DNA from: Octopus sinensis
Taxonomy: Eukaryota
Direction of reading: 5' to 3'
DNA length: 64,000 bases
Assembly (NCBI RefSeq): GCF_006345805.1
Contig: NC_043013.1
Location: 13,268,001-13,332,000 of the forward strand
Shown here: piece by piece, positions 62,160-64,000 of the stretch
Position numbering within the stretch: position 1 is the stretch's first letter
Layout of the letters: the number at the start of each line of letters is the position of its first letter
Notes under the pieces: model-generated
The model's input: the letters and a program-made list of their open reading frames with translations, nothing else
What the model was told of the DNA's origin: nothing
The model's database searches: none
Position numbers and translations under genes: made by a program

Positions 62160-62500
62160 TATCGACACCCTCCTTAACCTGTCTCCTCCATCTGTGGCGA
62201 TGACAGGCATTGCTCACCCAGTCGGTCTCCTGCATATCACAAGCCTTTAAAGAGGACTTGACAGTCCTTAAATCGCAGGCTTGGTTTCTGTCAGGGTCTC
62301 TTCCCACTAACAAGTTCTCCATATAACCTCTCTTTAGAAAGGGTACGTATTCTTCATGAAGAATTTAAACACGCTGCTCAAAAGCGTATTGCTAGCGTAG
62401 TGAATGAGGAAAGGTTGGTTTGTAATGTTTGCAGTCATATACACTTACAAGAGCAAGGCTCTTGTGCCACCAACGAACTGTAAATGCAAAATAAAAGTTT
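62160..62500. mobile_element. RTE 3' end, rearranged (62160-62322 on -, continuation on +)
   Basis: [10 protein letters not shown]...W...[17 protein letters not shown] on the minus strand; LVCNVCSH zinc-knuckle remnant on the plus strand. Confidence 0.55.
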
Positions 62501-62594
62501 GTCCTAGAGCGCACAATGTTCCTGAAGGTCAACAATGATCTTCCTTGGTCACGAACAGATGGCAATCATTTATAAATATATATATATATATTAT

Positions 62595-64000
62595 ATATTT
62601 ATCTGGATTGTAATACCTTTTGGAAAACAAATTAAATCGAACCTTCCCTTACAGTTCCGTGAAGCCGTTGCTAGGAACTTTCCCAGAAATTCTAGATATC
62701 ATTCTATTATCAATTCCCACAAGGTCAGAATAGCTTTCTCTAACACTAGGAATCTTTCACAAATTATATCTTCCCACAATAACAAGCTGTTAAACAAAGA
62801 TTCTTCACCCGGGAGTTCCAACACTAATCTTGCCAATTCCAACCCATTATACAATCATAATAATAGGAATAGTATTAATAGTAGCAGCATTAGTAGCAGC
62901 GAAAGTGTTAACAATGATAATAATAATAGTATTAGTCATGTTAATAACAATGGTAGTGTTGATGGTAACAACAATAACGGTATTATTGTCGGTGGTATTA
63001 CTGGTTGTAATGCCATTAATAATACTAATAATAATAGAAATAGTGTAGTTGTCAGCGCTAATAATAATGGTAACAACAATCATAACAATAAAAACTTCGT
63101 CTCGATCTCGGAGGACAACCCCAACAGAATTAAATTTTTGTCTAGTAATTCTAAGATTAAGAATTCTGTTTACCAGTGTAGAATTTCTTCCGGTACCGAT
63201 GTCTTCTTCTATATAGGAGCGTCCACTTCCCAGTTATCAAAAAGAATTTCAAACCACTACTCAACATTCAGGGATAGTAAAAAACGACATAGCACATGCC
63301 TAAGTAAATTAGTTTGGCGTCTCAAAGACAACAATATAATTTTCAAGTTAGATTGGTTCATACTGTCTGTATCCTTTCCTTTTGATAAGGGCAGGAGATT
63401 TTGTAACATTTGTAACTCTGAACTCTTCGATATTATTTTCTCTAAGGTTCCCCTAGTAAACACACTCATAGAAAAATCGTACAAATGTAAACATTGGCAG
63501 AAACACACTTTCTACTCATATAAATGATAACGATAGTCACTGTGGTTTGAACAATTAGCTTTACGTCCACCCAACTGCTATAGAGAAATTCTTTCAATCA
63601 ATGTACCCTTCCCTCTCCAATTGTTCCCTACATATTATTCATTTATACCTTCTCTTCCAACTATCTATCTTTGACGTCTGTCTCTCTCTCTCTCACACAC
63701 ACAATCACACACACAGACACAAATGCAGTTATACACACACACATACACACACACAAACACACGCACTCATTAACACAAGCACACACCCACACATTTCCAT
63801 GCATACAGCAAACGTACTGTTCCCTAACTATCACTACTTTATCCCTTCTCTTCCTACTATCTATTTTTGACGTCTATTCTTCTAACGGTTTAAAAAAAAA
63901 ACACTCATTATCGCTTTGTTTACCATGTAGGCAATCATCGAAATTTTTGTTTGTCTTCTTGTCGAGAGAGGCTCCCTTTCTTTCCTGATGAGAAGATTGC
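62595..64000 (+). mobile_element. Second Penelope-like family: 5'-truncated thumb/Asn-rich linker/GIY-YIG plus 3' tail; probable hammerhead core start CTGATGA at 63985, cut by the window edge
   Basis: WIVIPFGKQIKSN...; SVYQCRIS..FFYIGASTSQLSKRISNHYSTF; FCNICNSEL; CKHWQKH. Confidence 0.88.

Overview
AT-rich, microsatellite-dense metazoan genomic DNA. The SINE and LINE repertoire resembles octopus (coleoid cephalopod); this is an inference. A 100-N scaffold gap lies at 21525-21624. Most of the window is transposon debris: Helitron, RTE, CR1, Tx1/L1, R4/Dong-type RLE LINEs, Penelope-like elements (PLEs), Tc1/mariner, SINEs and MITEs. The host-gene signal, missed by the ORF track, is a family of 28-38 nt micro-exons sitting in mutually homologous duplicated intron modules. 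Type A exons are phase 0->2 and type B exons are phase 2->0. Five lie on the + strand left of the gap (A1-B1-A2-B2-A3). Two lie on the - strand right of the gap (B' then A4), and these join in frame to three exons encoding the N-terminal SLOG/MHR1-2 region of a divergent TRPM2-like channel. A near-perfect 67-nt inverted copy of micro-exon B' with both splice sites lies 2.8 kb into the next intron and is a candidate ADAR editing-complementary or exon-masking sequence. The same intron holds a 7.4-kb PLE palindrome with 3018-bp arms, an intact 947-aa RT/GIY-YIG ORF with Asn-rich linkers, and type I hammerhead ribozymes. All alignments, folds and splice predictions were made by eye and need computational and RNA-seq confirmation.
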